From: Chloroflexota bacterium
GTDB taxonomy: Bacteria; Chloroflexota; Dehalococcoidia; Lucifugimonadales; SAR202-VII-2
DNA: 64,000 bases
Assembly: GCA_003228115.1 (NCBI GenBank)
Contig: QEVV01000003.1
Coordinates: 77,466-141,465, forward strand
Direction of reading: 5' to 3'
Positions 43,054 to 52,681 of the stretch are shown one piece after another. The position numbers and the translations under genes were made by a program. Positions within the stretch are counted from its first letter, which is position 1, and each line of letters starts with the position of its first letter. Below the pieces are notes generated by a model. It was not told the DNA's origin. It ran no database searches and worked only from the letters and a program-made list of their open reading frames with translations.

Positions 43054-43082
43054 ATTATACCGGGCTCCAGCGTTTGTGTCAG
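43054..43082 (-). promoter_or_regulatory. Candidate promoter CTGACA-17-TATAAT (minus strand) for ispH
   Basis: Perfect -10 with an exact 17-nt spacer, about 45 nt upstream of the ATG, with an AAAGGAGAT Shine-Dalgarno. Confidence 0.45.
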
Positions 43083-43152
43083 GTCGCCCGCAACGATAAG
43101 ATATGGAGCGGCCCATTACAGGGCATTAGACCGCGCTATTCAGGAGGACTCG

Positions 43153-44571
43153 ATGACCACCAACAAAACCACTCGTACCGAGAAAGACTCCATGGGCCCC
43201 ATGGAAGTCCCTGCGGACGCCTTGTACGGTGCTTCCACGATGCGGGCAGTGCTCAACTTCCCCATTTCCGACCTTCGTTTCTCTCGCCAATTCATTCGGG
43301 CCTTGGGACTCATCAAGAAGGCTGCGGCAGAGGTGAACGCCGACCTAGGGCTGCTCGACCCAAGGCTCGCTGGAGCCGCCGCACAGGCCGGACAACAGGT
43401 GGCTGATGGCAGCTATGACGAACAGTTCGTCGTCGACATCTTTCAGACGGGCTCCGGCACTTCAACGAACATGAATGCAAATGAGGTCATCGCCACGATC
43501 GCCACAGAAATACTGGGCGGCGATCGCGGCTCCAAGCTGGTCCACCCCAACGACCATGTGAACACAGGCCAGTCCTCCAACGACGTCATCCCAACAGCCA
43601 TTCACGTCGCTGCCCTCATCGGCCTCAAGGAGGAGTTGATACCAGCGCTGGAGGGGCTCCGGGAGGCGCTAGCCGCCAAGTCCCGCGAGTATTGGCCCAT
43701 CATAAAGACGGGCCGCACTCACCTTCAGGACGCCACTCCAGTCAGGCTGGGCCAGGAATTCCTTGGCTTCGCTGGACAGATGGAACGCGGCTTGAAGCGA
43801 ATGGCCCACGCCCAAGAAGAGCTTTCGGAGGTTGCGCTGGGCGGCACAGCAGTTGGCACGGGCGTTAACTGCCACCCCGAGTTCGCTGCCAGGGTATGCG
43901 AAAAGGTCTCCAGTGCTACTGGGGTCTCCATCAGAGAGACAGAGAACCACTTCCAGGCCCAGAACGCCATCGACGCCATCGTCGAGGCCAGCAGCAGCAT
44001 TCGAACTGTCGCCCTCAGCCTTTACAAGATCGCCAATGACATAACTTGGATGGGTACGGGACCTCGGGCGGGCATTGGGGAATTGATACTACCGGAGGTT
44101 CAGCCGGGGAGCTCCATCATGCCGGGCAAAATCAACCCGGTCATTCCTGAGGCGCTATTGCAGGTTATAGCCCATGTGGTCGGCAATGACACCACCATCG
44201 TGATGTGCGCCCAGAGGAGTTTCTTCGAACTCAACACCATGCTCCCCGTAGCCGCTCACGAGTTGCTCGAATCGATCACCCTGCTTGCCTCAGCAACCAG
44301 CAACTTCACCACACAGTGCGTCACCGGCCTTGAGGCCACCAGCCACGGCCCCAGCATGGTTGAAAAGGGGTTGATGCTGGGAACCGCCCTTGCGCCAGTT
44401 ATTGGCTACGACAAAGCCGCTGGGCTCGCCAAGGAAGCAGCCAAGAGCGGTCGCACAATCCGTGAAGTGGCCCTTGAACAGACTGAACTCACCGAGACAG
44501 AGCTGGATGTGATCCTAAAGCCAGAGAAGATGACCGAACCCGGCCTGGGCGGCGGTCCCTCCGGCGGGTAG
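43153..44571 (+). CDS. fumC: Class II fumarate hydratase (fumarase C / aspartase superfamily)
   Basis: Start at MTTNKTTRTEKDSMGPMEVPADALYG with CAGGAGGA Shine-Dalgarno. QTGSGTSTNMN, GQSSNDV, GRTHLQDATP and GSSIMPGKINP are closer to FumC than to AspA. The NPVIPE stretch is AspA-like, so the assignment is not certain. Confidence 0.8.
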   Translation: MTTNKTTRTEKDSMGPMEVPADALYGASTMRAVLNFPISDLRFSRQFIRALGLIKKAAAEVNADLGLLDPRLAGAAAQAGQQVADGSYDEQFVVDIFQTGSGTSTNMNANEVIATIATEILGGDRGSKLVHPNDHVNTGQSSNDVIPTAIHVAALIGLKEELIPALEGLREALAAKSREYWPIIKTGRTHLQDATPVRLGQEFLGFAGQMERGLKRMAHAQEELSEVALGGTAVGTGVNCHPEFAARVCEKVSSATGVSIRETENHFQAQNAIDAIVEASSSIRTVALSLYKIANDITWMGTGPRAGIGELILPEVQPGSSIMPGKINPVIPEALLQVIAHVVGNDTTIVMCAQRSFFELNTMLPVAAHELLESITLLASATSNFTTQCVTGLEATSHGPSMVEKGLMLGTALAPVIGYDKAAGLAKEAAKSGRTIREVALEQTELTETELDVILKPEKMTEPGLGGGPSGG

Positions 44572-44586
44572 GTTCAAAAGAACGAC

Positions 44587-44616
44587 CAGAGGGCTGCCAC
44601 GAGTGGCAGCCCTCTG
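44587..44616. terminator. Hairpin between convergent genes (CAGAGGGCTGCCAC / GTGGCAGCCCTCTG)
   Basis: 14-bp inverted repeat. The minus-strand tail is GTCGTTCTTTT. Confidence 0.6.
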
Positions 44617-44661
44617 AAATGATCGTCTTTAAGTAACTGTCTGAACTGGCTGTGTCTCACC

Positions 44662-45924
44662 CTACTGAGTAACAGTAGCCCCGAAGTTCCGAGCCACTGC
44701 TACCAAGTCCAGGATATTAACGTAGTCATTGGCATCCACGTCAGCCCTGGGATCAATGAAGGGTGGCGGCCCGAAATTGGCTACGACGACGAGCAAGTCC
44801 AGCAGATCTACAACCCCATCATCATTGACGTCCACTGCCTGGTCGTTGGCTTCTATGGTGACCACCGTTGCACTAGGGCTGCCCAGCACAGCACCGCCAG
44901 TGGGATTGCTCAGGCTAAATTCCACCGTTTCATCTCCTTCCACCAATGGATCGTCGACGATAGGCACGGAGAAACTCTTGTCGCCCGCTTCACCGTCCGC
45001 AAAGGCTATGGTGCCTGAGACCGGCGCATAGTCAGTTGCGGGATCAGCGCTGCCGCCCGTGATTCCGTAGTGGGCGGAGACCGCCCCTGTACTGCAACCT
45101 GTACGGGTGACGGTGATGTCGGCCTCTCCATCCCCTTCAGCGATACCGTAGACGCCGTTACCGAACTGGATGGAACCCGGCTGCACAGAAGGCGTGAACT
45201 CTACCATGAGTTCAGGGCGATTTGCGACGGTCGAGTTCTCCCTGAAGTCGAATCGCTTGGCGGTCGAGTTAGAAGCCTCGTCGCCCACGAGCAGCCACCC
45301 AAAGTTCGTAGATGGATCGTCAAGCCAGCATTGAATGTCATCCACCATTTGTGCCGTTGAACCCCAAGTGTAGCTGCCCAACCCGTCCACAGAGACGCTG
45401 GCGCTAGGTGCTAGAAGGAAGTCCCCACCAGCGTTATCCCAAAGCCCTGTGCTGAAGAAACTGTGGAGCCAAGTAGCGTCGCCAACAGACGCCGAGGTAC
45501 CCCCTCCTTCGTTGGACGGCGCATCTGACGACCCTTCTCCCCAGTCCGCCTGGAGGCGGTGCAGTGTAGCCGCCTTGGCTCCAGCGCTGGTCTTGCTCAT
45601 AAACAAAGTCAGGGTGACGCTAGCGACTGTGGAGCCGGCGGGAATTTGGCCAGCCAAGTCAAATGATAGGAGCCCCCTGCGAATGCTTCCGCCCGCGGTT
45701 TTACCCGCAAAGAAGTGAGAGCCCGCACCGTTGCTAAGGGCTCCGGTGGCGCTCTCGTAGAGAGTGTTGTCTTTGGCGGGTGAGAGGGTCACCGACTCAA
45801 CAGCGCTTACGTCAGGAAACGGAATTTCCCCAGGGAACGACAGGGCGACCCCAGTGGGAGTCAATACCGCGGCCGCTACTGCCACATATGCGAATGGTCT
45901 GAATAGGAATTCAGCGAGCCTCAC
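44662..45924 (-). CDS. Secreted multidomain protein: N-terminal DNRLRE-like domain, Calx-beta-like domain, C-terminal dockerin-like repeats
   Basis: GTG start with GAAGGAGG Shine-Dalgarno and a signal peptide. ...TLSPAKDNTLYES... and ...FDFRENSTVANRPELMVEF. ...ITVTRTGCSTGAVSAHY...GTIAFADGEAGDKSFSVPIVDD.LVEGDETVEFSL is Calx-beta-like. DVNDDGVVDLLDLLVVVANFG / DVDANDYVNILDLVAVARNFG are dockerin/EF-hand-like repeats. Confidence 0.65.
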   Translation of the reverse strand: MRLAEFLFRPFAYVAVAAAVLTPTGVALSFPGEIPFPDVSAVESVTLSPAKDNTLYESATGALSNGAGSHFFAGKTAGGSIRRGLLSFDLAGQIPAGSTVASVTLTLFMSKTSAGAKAATLHRLQADWGEGSSDAPSNEGGGTSASVGDATWLHSFFSTGLWDNAGGDFLLAPSASVSVDGLGSYTWGSTAQMVDDIQCWLDDPSTNFGWLLVGDEASNSTAKRFDFRENSTVANRPELMVEFTPSVQPGSIQFGNGVYGIAEGDGEADITVTRTGCSTGAVSAHYGITGGSADPATDYAPVSGTIAFADGEAGDKSFSVPIVDDPLVEGDETVEFSLSNPTGGAVLGSPSATVVTIEANDQAVDVNDDGVVDLLDLLVVVANFGPPPFIDPRADVDANDYVNILDLVAVARNFGATVTQ

Positions 45925-45997
45925 ATAACCTCCTTCTCCGTCGAATCTCGCTGATAGCGGGAAGCCAGATTGGGCTTTGCTACAGCGGAGCGCGGAT

Positions 45998-46939
45998 TCA
46001 GCGTCCCTTGGCCCTTGGGTGGGCAGCCAGGTAGACCTTCCGCTGCTGAGTTTGAGTCACGTGGGTGTAAACCTGCGTCGTTGCGGGGCTGGAATGGCCC
46101 AGCAACTCTTGAACGACACGAAGATCAGCTCCGCCCTCTAATAGATGCGTAGCAAAGGTGTGCCGGAGTGTATGGGTATGGACATTTTGAGCAAGTCCGG
46201 CTTGTAAGCCGGACTTCCGCACCATGGCCTGGATGCTCCGCCCGGTCAATCTTCCCCCTGTGCTATTGAGGAACAAAGCACCGCTGAACCTGCGCCCGGA
46301 AAGCTTGGGGCGCCCCTTCTTTACGTAGCGTTCCAAGGACTCAAGTGCGGGCTTGCCCATGAGCACCATTCGCTCCTTGTCCCCCTTGCCCACGACTCGA
46401 AGTTCTCGATCTCCCAAATGCAGGTGATCCAAGTCCAACGCCACTATTTCGGCGACACGCAGGCCCGAAGCATAGAGGAGTTCCAAAATAGCTCGGTCCC
46501 TCAAGCCCCGAGGGGTAGTGGCATCAGCAACATTCAAGAGCCGTAAGACTTCATGCTGGGATAGGAAATCCGGGAGGCGTTTCTCCTGCTGCATCCTGCC
46601 GCCCTGAGCAGTGGGGTCCACTTCCAGAACGGCTTGTTCAACCAGGAACCGGAAAAAGGAGCGCAGCACGCTGTATTGCCGGACGACAGTACCTCTGGCA
46701 TGCCCGCGAAGGCGGCCGTTGGAGTGTGGCCGTACCCTAGCCAGCCATGCCAGGTAGGAGCGGACAACCTCGCGGTCAACCAGCGCAGGATCAGAGATGT
46801 CGCGTCCGCCGAGAAACTCCACGAAAGGTTGGAGGTCGTTTGAGTAGTTGCGAACGGTATAAGGGGAGAGCCTGCGCACTCCCTGCAAGTATCGATGATA
46901 TCGAGCCAGGAGTCCCGGAAGGTCCCCCGCTTCACCCAC
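45998..46939 (-). CDS. xerC: Tyrosine recombinase XerC/XerD family
   Basis: GTG start one base after the topA stop (TAA-A-GTG). ...LSPYTVRNYSNDLQPFVEFL... and the C-terminal catalytic HTLRHTFATHLLEGGADLRVVQELLGHSSPATTQVYTHV. Conserved dprA-topA-xer synteny. Confidence 0.85.
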   Translation of the reverse strand: MGEAGDLPGLLARYHRYLQGVRRLSPYTVRNYSNDLQPFVEFLGGRDISDPALVDREVVRSYLAWLARVRPHSNGRLRGHARGTVVRQYSVLRSFFRFLVEQAVLEVDPTAQGGRMQQEKRLPDFLSQHEVLRLLNVADATTPRGLRDRAILELLYASGLRVAEIVALDLDHLHLGDRELRVVGKGDKERMVLMGKPALESLERYVKKGRPKLSGRRFSGALFLNSTGGRLTGRSIQAMVRKSGLQAGLAQNVHTHTLRHTFATHLLEGGADLRVVQELLGHSSPATTQVYTHVTQTQQRKVYLAAHPRAKGR

Positions 46940-46940
46940 T

Positions 46941-49082
46941 TTACGCTTCCACAGCCGCTGGTTCTGGCTCTTCCTCCGACGTCTGAACCTCCGCCAAAGG
47001 GGCCTTGAAAGCGCAGTTGGTGCACTTGACCCCATTGCGGCCTGCCATGATCAGCAGCCCCTCACATTCAGGACAGGGCTCCGGAATGGGCTTCTGGTTG
47101 GCAGCGAAGGTGCACGTCGGGTAATTGGCGCAGCCGTAGAACAGAGCCTTGGTCTTTCTGGACCGCCGTTCTACTAGGTCGCCACCGCACTTGGGGCAGT
47201 CAACCCCCACCCGAATCAGATAGGGTCGAGTAGTCTTGCACTCGGGATAGCCGGTGCAGGCCAGGAACCGTCCATAGCGGCCTGACTTGATCTCCATGGG
47301 CTTGCCGCATGTCTCACAGATCTCATCGCTGGGGATGGAGATTCTAGGAATGCTTTGAGCAGCAGCAAGCGCCGCCTGGAAGGGTCCGTAGAACTCAGTA
47401 AGTACCGTGTCCCAGCCGCGATTGCCCTGAGCAACCTCGTCCAGGTTCTCTTCCATTTGCGCCGTAAACCCGGGGTCGACCAGATCGGCGAAGTTTTGCA
47501 CCAACAGATCGTTGACGATCTCCCCAAGCTGCGTTGGCTCCAGATGGCCGTTCTTCCGGACGTAGTTACGGTCCTGAATCGTAGAAATAGTCGGCGCGTA
47601 GGTGCTGGGCCTACCGATGCCCAACTCCTCCAAGGATTTGACTAGGGACGCCTCTGTATAGTGAGGTGGTGGCTGAGTAAAGTGCTGATCTGGATTTAAT
47701 TCTTGCAGATCAAGGGTGTCTCCCTGGTTCAGCACTGGCAGCGGTGCGCGGGCGGGGTCCTGCTCTTCACCAGCGTCCCGGCCTTCGATGTACACGGCGC
47801 GGTATCCGGGGAATTTGAGTACGGAACCGGTGGCCCTAAAGACATAGGTAGTCGCGGACCGGCCCGGCGCTTCAATGTCGGCGGAAGTGGAATCGTAGAC
47901 AGCGTCAGCCATCTGACAGGCGACCATGCGCTTCCAGATGAGGTCGTAAAGACGGTACTGGTCTGAGGTCAGGTGTGACTTAATGGTCTCTGGGTCGCGA
48001 CTCGCTGAGGTAGGCCGAATAGCCTCGTGAGCCTCTTGAGCGGCCTTGGCCTTTGTCTTGTAGATGCGGGCTGTCTTGGGTACATATTCCTTTCCGTACC
48101 GCTGCCCGATGTATTGCCTCGCCTCTTGAATCGCGCTTTCTGACATATTGGTGGAGTCAGTCCTCATATACGTTATGAGGCCAACCTCTCCCTCAGCACC
48201 CACGCCAACCCCTTCATAGAGCTGTTGGGCAATCATCATGGTCTTCCTCACTGGGAAGCGAAGCTTCCGGCCCGCCTCTTGTTGCAGAGTGCTGGTGGTG
48301 AAGGGGCCTGCTGGTCGGCTCTTGGTCTCCTTTCGCCGGACCTCGGTGATGTCATAGGTTGCCCCTGCCAAGTCTCCAACGATGCCAGACGCTTCAGTCT
48401 CGTTGGATATGGTTAGCTTCTTCTTCTCGCCCTTCCGGCTGTGGAGGCTTGCCTTGAAAACAGCTGACTTTGCGCGAGAACCCTGTTTCGCCAACGTGGC
48501 ATCGATGGACCAGTACTCCACCGCAACGAAGTCCCTAATGCTCCTGGCTCGCTCCACAATGATTCGCAGGGCAACAGACTGCACGCGCCCTGCGGATAGA
48601 CCGGACCCCACCTTGCTCCACAGAAGAGGGCTGAGCTGGTACCCAAGCAGCCTATCCAGAATTCGACGGGCCTGCTGGGCATTGACCAAGTCCAGATCAA
48701 GTTCCCGGGGATGATCGAAGGCCTCTTTGATAGCTGCAGGGGTAATCTCGTGGAAGACGACCCGCCGCACGAGTTGATCCTTGAGATTAGCGGCCTGGAG
48801 CAGGTGCCAAGAAATGGCCTCGCCCTCCCGGTCAGGGTCAGTGGCAAGGTAAACGGTCTTGGCGTCCTTGAGCGCGGCCTTGAACTCCTTGATTACCTTT
48901 TTCTTTCCGGCTGGAATGACGTATGTGGGCTTGAACCCATCGTCAACCTCCACGCCCAGTTTGCTAGACGGTAGGTCGCGAACGTGACCCATTGATGCCA
49001 TCACGATGTATTTCTTTCCTAGGAACCGTCCCACCGTCCGAGCTTTGGTCGGAGACTCCACAATAACCAACTCTTTTGCCAT
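46941..49082 (-). CDS. topA: DNA topoisomerase I (type IA) with C-terminal zinc-ribbon repeats
   Basis: LVIVESPTKA TOPRIM start, ATDPDREGEAISWH, YITYMRTDS active-site Tyr region, and several C-terminal CxxC...CxxC ribbons. 713 aa. Confidence 0.95.
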   Translation of the reverse strand: MAKELVIVESPTKARTVGRFLGKKYIVMASMGHVRDLPSSKLGVEVDDGFKPTYVIPAGKKKVIKEFKAALKDAKTVYLATDPDREGEAISWHLLQAANLKDQLVRRVVFHEITPAAIKEAFDHPRELDLDLVNAQQARRILDRLLGYQLSPLLWSKVGSGLSAGRVQSVALRIIVERARSIRDFVAVEYWSIDATLAKQGSRAKSAVFKASLHSRKGEKKKLTISNETEASGIVGDLAGATYDITEVRRKETKSRPAGPFTTSTLQQEAGRKLRFPVRKTMMIAQQLYEGVGVGAEGEVGLITYMRTDSTNMSESAIQEARQYIGQRYGKEYVPKTARIYKTKAKAAQEAHEAIRPTSASRDPETIKSHLTSDQYRLYDLIWKRMVACQMADAVYDSTSADIEAPGRSATTYVFRATGSVLKFPGYRAVYIEGRDAGEEQDPARAPLPVLNQGDTLDLQELNPDQHFTQPPPHYTEASLVKSLEELGIGRPSTYAPTISTIQDRNYVRKNGHLEPTQLGEIVNDLLVQNFADLVDPGFTAQMEENLDEVAQGNRGWDTVLTEFYGPFQAALAAAQSIPRISIPSDEICETCGKPMEIKSGRYGRFLACTGYPECKTTRPYLIRVGVDCPKCGGDLVERRSRKTKALFYGCANYPTCTFAANQKPIPEPCPECEGLLIMAGRNGVKCTNCAFKAPLAEVQTSEEEPEPAAVEA

Positions 49083-49141
49083 GCCTTTTCTTCTATCCGC
49101 CTTTTAAAAGTTGGGCGGCAGCCCAGGCCGCCTACCCGTTA

Positions 49142-50302
49142 TCAACTGGAGCCATAGGTGGAAGCAGGCTCACGAATAACCACAAAGGAGCGACTGCCCA
49201 CCTCTCTCACTATACCGCGCAATTCAAGTAACGTGAGCGCCGTGTTCACGCTGGACATCGGTAACCCTGAGTTCCGGGCGATATCGTCCACGTGAATTGG
49301 CTCATGAGATAGCAGCTTCAGAAGCTCGGTTTCAGTCTCGCTTGTACCTGTGAGCGCCAATCCTGGCAATTGCTGTTGGGCCTTCCCCTCCTCAGGGAGC
49401 CGCAACAGTTGTTGGCCAAGGACGGTGAAGTTGAGTTCCTGAAGGATCTCTTCAACCGACGTCACCAGCTTAGCACCCTCCTGTATCAGATGGTTGGTGC
49501 CCACGCTGGCCGGGGAGAAGATGCTACCCGGAACCGCAAAGACCTCACGGTCCTGCTCCAAAGCGTGACGCACTGTCCAAATCGTCCCGCTCTGCTTCGT
49601 GGCTTCAACCACCAAGGTCCCCAGGGATAACCCACTTAGGATGCGGTTTCGCCGGGGGAAGTTCTGAGCCACGGGCCTTGTGCCCAAAGGATACTCGCTG
49701 ATCAGGGCGCCCCGTTCGGCTATTTCCTCAGAAAGCTTACGATGCTCGGAAGGGTAAACAAGATCTAGGCCGCTGGCGGTAACGGCTATTGTGCGGCCGT
49801 CCGCATCCAGCGACGCCCGATGGGCAATGGCGTCTATTCCCCTGGCAAGGCCGCTCACCACCGTCACGCCATTCCTAGCCAGGTCTTTGGAGAGGATCTC
49901 GGCCACTTCCCGGCCATACGTCGTAGCCTTGCGCGAACCCACGACCGTAACCGAATGGGCGTCTTGGGGCGTTATAGAACCAAGAACAAAGATAACGGGC
50001 GGCGGGTTGTAGATCTCTGCAAGCAAGGGCGGGTAAGTGGGGTCGTGCCAGGTGAGTGCGGTGACCCCTTTCCGTTCCAAAGCTTCCATCTCGCCATCTG
50101 GGTCAATCAGCGACCGCTTCGTTGCGATGGACTCGGATGCTTTCTGATCAAGGCCGGCTGCTCTCAGGTCCGAAACGGAGGCAGACCATGCAGCCCCAAG
50201 GGAATCAAAACGCGCTTCTATCAGCCGCATTCGCACGTGACCAATCTGCGGAACCCGTGCGAATGCTACCCAGAACTTCAGATCCGACGATTGGACATTC
50301 AT
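49142..50302 (-). CDS. dprA: DNA-processing protein DprA (Smf)
   Basis: VVGSRKATTYGREVA...VVSGLARGIDAIAHRASL...GTI.V..SGLD..YP.EH Rossmann-like core plus a C-terminal winged-helix. 386 aa. Confidence 0.9.
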   Translation of the reverse strand: MNVQSSDLKFWVAFARVPQIGHVRMRLIEARFDSLGAAWSASVSDLRAAGLDQKASESIATKRSLIDPDGEMEALERKGVTALTWHDPTYPPLLAEIYNPPPVIFVLGSITPQDAHSVTVVGSRKATTYGREVAEILSKDLARNGVTVVSGLARGIDAIAHRASLDADGRTIAVTASGLDLVYPSEHRKLSEEIAERGALISEYPLGTRPVAQNFPRRNRILSGLSLGTLVVEATKQSGTIWTVRHALEQDREVFAVPGSIFSPASVGTNHLIQEGAKLVTSVEEILQELNFTVLGQQLLRLPEEGKAQQQLPGLALTGTSETETELLKLLSHEPIHVDDIARNSGLPMSSVNTALTLLELRGIVREVGSRSFVVIREPASTYGSS

Positions 50303-50380
50303 GGACAGGGCTTGCGACTCCGTCGGTCGGTCAACGCGAAGCCAGGTCTCCAGTACTGCTCAGTGAATTTGTGGAGTGAG

Positions 50381-50471
50381 TGGCGGAGAGGGCGGGATTC
50401 GAACCCGCGAGAGGCTTTTGACCCCTACACGCTTTCCAGGCGTGCCTGTTCGGCCGCTCCAGCACCTCTCC
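50381..50471 (-). tRNA. tRNA-Ser (anticodon GGA), class II with long variable arm, CCA encoded
   Basis: Reverse complement is GGAGAGG...CACGC-CTGGAAA-GCGTG...GCGGGTTCGAATCCCGC-CCTCTCC-G-CCA. Acceptor, anticodon and T arms fold by hand. Confidence 0.9.
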
Positions 50472-50545
50472 GCGTGCCACTTCGCGCTCGCAAACTCCCC
50501 AAAGACGCACCGGTCACACCGGCGCCATCGGGGGTTCTTATATTG

Positions 50546-50636
<91 letters not shown>

Positions 50637-50780
50637 TAGCCAGCGTCTTGCGACGCCTCAACATAGTACAGCGCAATCCCTCTCTCAGGCTAGGGTCACG
50701 CAGGGACGATAGTCACAGGGGGCGTCATTCGAGGAAAACAAACCCAGGGGGATATCCGCCAATTTGCTCGCGCCGAACCC

Positions 50781-51740
50781 TTAGCTTGCCGGCTCAGCCG
50801 CAGGGCCACCGAGATCAACTTCGTCCTGGCCCTTGGCTGGAGAGGGAGGTTCGTGGCCTAGATCAGCCTCACGGGCCGCGTTCAGGGCGCAAATAGCTAC
50901 TTCAATCTGGTCATCGTCCGGCTGGCGAGTAGTAAGGGCTTGAAGTGCCAGGCTGGGGTAGAGAAGGAACCGAACAATAGGATTCGTCCTGTGGAAGCCA
51001 CTGAAACGAATAACCTCATAAGCGAATCCGGCGATGATCGGAATGAGAACGATCCTCGACGTGATCAGCCAGAACAGGCTTGGCCGGCCAAAGAATGTAA
51101 AGAAGACAATGGCAACGACGGCGACGACCAAGAGGAACGCAGTGCCGCAACGAGGGTGAGCAGTTGGGTATTTACGGATCTCTTCAATATTAAGCGGGTC
51201 TGACGCTTCATAGGCGTGGATGGTCATGTGCTCAGCGCCATGGTAGGCGAAGACCCTTTTTACATCCGGCATCATGCCTATGAGTTTGATATAACCGACA
51301 AAAATGACGAGCCGTAACACACCCTCACTTATGTTGACGAGAATGTGTGACTCGATCACGCGCTCCAAGGCCGAAGCGGCAAAGAGCGGAGCCACGAAGA
51401 AGATCGCTATGCCAAAGAAGAGGGATACAGCCACCATCCAGGCGATGCTGAAGCCAGATAGCTCCTCGCCCTCTTCTTCCCCGAGGGAAACGTTAGCGGA
51501 GTGAGTTAGAGCCCGTACGCCTAGGCCCAACGTCTCGATGAGGACGATGACGCCCCTGGCCAAGGGCAACTTGCGGAGGGAGCCGTTGTAGATGGCTCCG
51601 AGTGTCCAAGCGACGGTGGAAACCGTGCCATCTGGGCGGCGAACGGCGACCGAGGCAAACTTCTCGCCCCGGATCATCACCCCTTCTATAACGGCCTGAC
51701 CGCCATAAGGAAAGCGCTTCTCAGCCACGGCTGCTCCCAA
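50781..51740 (-). CDS. DUF1385-family membrane protein
   Basis: YGGQAVIEGVMIRG..., ...AYHGAEHMTIHAYE... and HPRCGTAF are typical DUF1385 motifs. Start uncertain (TTG 51740 or GTG 51728). Confidence 0.8.
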   Translation of the reverse strand: MGAAVAEKRFPYGGQAVIEGVMIRGEKFASVAVRRPDGTVSTVAWTLGAIYNGSLRKLPLARGVIVLIETLGLGVRALTHSANVSLGEEEGEELSGFSIAWMVAVSLFFGIAIFFVAPLFAASALERVIESHILVNISEGVLRLVIFVGYIKLIGMMPDVKRVFAYHGAEHMTIHAYEASDPLNIEEIRKYPTAHPRCGTAFLLVVAVVAIVFFTFFGRPSLFWLITSRIVLIPIIAGFAYEVIRFSGFHRTNPIVRFLLYPSLALQALTTRQPDDDQIEVAICALNAAREADLGHEPPSPAKGQDEVDLGGPAAEPAS

Positions 51741-51745
51741 TAAGG

Positions 51746-51773
51746 AATCGGGGCTTCAGTGGAAGCCCCGATT
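51746..51773 (-). terminator. Hairpin downstream of rpmE (AATCGGGGCTTC / GAAGCCCCGATT)
   Basis: 12-bp perfect stem with a 4-nt loop. The minus-strand tail CCTTATT is only weakly U-rich, and the next gene starts immediately, so it may be partial or attenuating. Confidence 0.4.
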
Positions 51774-51786
51774 TCGGTGTCGAAGA

Positions 51787-51990
51787 CTACTGTAGGTTGA
51801 ACCGCCGCCTCATGCGCTCAACCCGTCCCTCTGTGTCGACGATGCGCTGCTCGCCGGTGAAGAAGGGGTGACACTTGCTGCAGAGTTCCACCTTCAACGC
51901 CTTCTTCGTGGAGCCGGTGGTGAAGGTGTTGCCGCAACCGCATACAACGACAGCGTCTTGGTAGTAAGTGGGATGGATGCTTGATTTCAT
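51787..51990 (-). CDS. rpmE: 50S ribosomal protein L31
   Basis: [29 protein letters not shown]...[28 protein letters not shown]. Start moved to the internal ATG with a GAGGGG Shine-Dalgarno. Confidence 0.9.
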   Translation of the reverse strand: MKSSIHPTYYQDAVVVCGCGNTFTTGSTKKALKVELCSKCHPFFTGEQRIVDTEGRVERMRRRFNLQ

Positions 51991-52061
51991 AGTACATACC
52001 CCTCGTTGACGAATAAGGCGGGCCTGAGACCCGCCCTTCAACCGCTTAGATGCAGCAGACC

Positions 52062-52316
52062 CTAGCCTGGATACACGCTCACTCGCTTGCGCTGTCTGGT
52101 GGCGTGTTCAAACTTCACTTTGCCGTCCACAAGAGCGAAGAGGGTGAAGTCCCGCCCCAGACCCACGTTCGTGCCGGGGTGAATCCGGGTACCACGCTGC
52201 CTTACAATAATCGTGCCCGTACGCACGGCGTGACCGTCGTAACGCTTGACACCCAGGCGCTGCGAGTTGCTATCGCGCCCATTGCGGCTACTGCCCCCAC
52301 CTTTCTTGTGTGCCAT
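52062..52316 (-). CDS. rpmA: 50S ribosomal protein L27
   Basis: [28 protein letters not shown]...[21 protein letters not shown]. Confidence 0.95.
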   Translation of the reverse strand: MAHKKGGGSSRNGRDSNSQRLGVKRYDGHAVRTGTIIVRQRGTRIHPGTNVGLGRDFTLFALVDGKVKFEHATRQRKRVSVYPG

Positions 52317-52342
52317 GATAGCTCCTAGAGAGGCAGGCTATT

Positions 52343-52663
52343 TCAGCCTGCGTGTATTTCTTTAATTCGGAGGGCAGTGTAAGGCTGGCGGTGGCCCGTT
52401 AGCTTGCGATACCGGTTCTTGTTCTTGTACTTAAGAACGTGGATCTTGTCTCGCTTACCTTGAGCTTCAACCTCTGTGACCACCCTAGCGCTATCCAGCA
52501 ACGGAGAGCCAACCTGGATACCATCATCACCAGAAACCATGAGAACGTCCGTCAACTCCAAGGCTTCACCTGGGTTGACCTCAAGCTTTTCGACCTTGAG
52601 CAAGTCTCCAAGGCTTACCTTGTATTGCTTGCCTCCGGTCTTGACGATAGCGTAGTTGGGCAT
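52343..52663 (-). CDS. rplU: 50S ribosomal protein L21
   Basis: MPNYAIVKTGGKQYKVSLGDLLKVEKL...VLKYKNKNRYRKLTGHRQPYT.L.I. AGGAGA Shine-Dalgarno. Confidence 0.95.
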   Translation of the reverse strand: MPNYAIVKTGGKQYKVSLGDLLKVEKLEVNPGEALELTDVLMVSGDDGIQVGSPLLDSARVVTEVEAQGKRDKIHVLKYKNKNRYRKLTGHRQPYTALRIKEIHAG

Positions 52664-52681
52664 GGCTTTCTCCTGTCAGCC

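Noticed and set aside
43040-43065. GGTTCGAAT T-loop-like motif suggesting a tRNA
   Set aside because: No acceptor or anticodon stems can be formed around it. The segment is better explained as the ispH promoter region (TATAAT on the minus strand).
45998-46939. Tyrosine recombinase as a marker of an integrated mobile element
   Set aside because: It sits in the conserved chromosomal dprA-topA-xerC arrangement, immediately coupled to topA. There are no flanking repeats, no tRNA-adjacent att site and no phage or transposon genes, so it is interpreted as the chromosome-dimer resolvase.
46940-47035. Upstream ATG extensions of xerC (47035), of the DnaD-like gene (33403), of the loader gene (32592) and of several others in the ORF track
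   Set aside because: They overlap the preceding well-supported genes by 80-230 nt and add non-homologous N-termini. Internal starts with a Shine-Dalgarno or a stop-adjacent GTG fit better.
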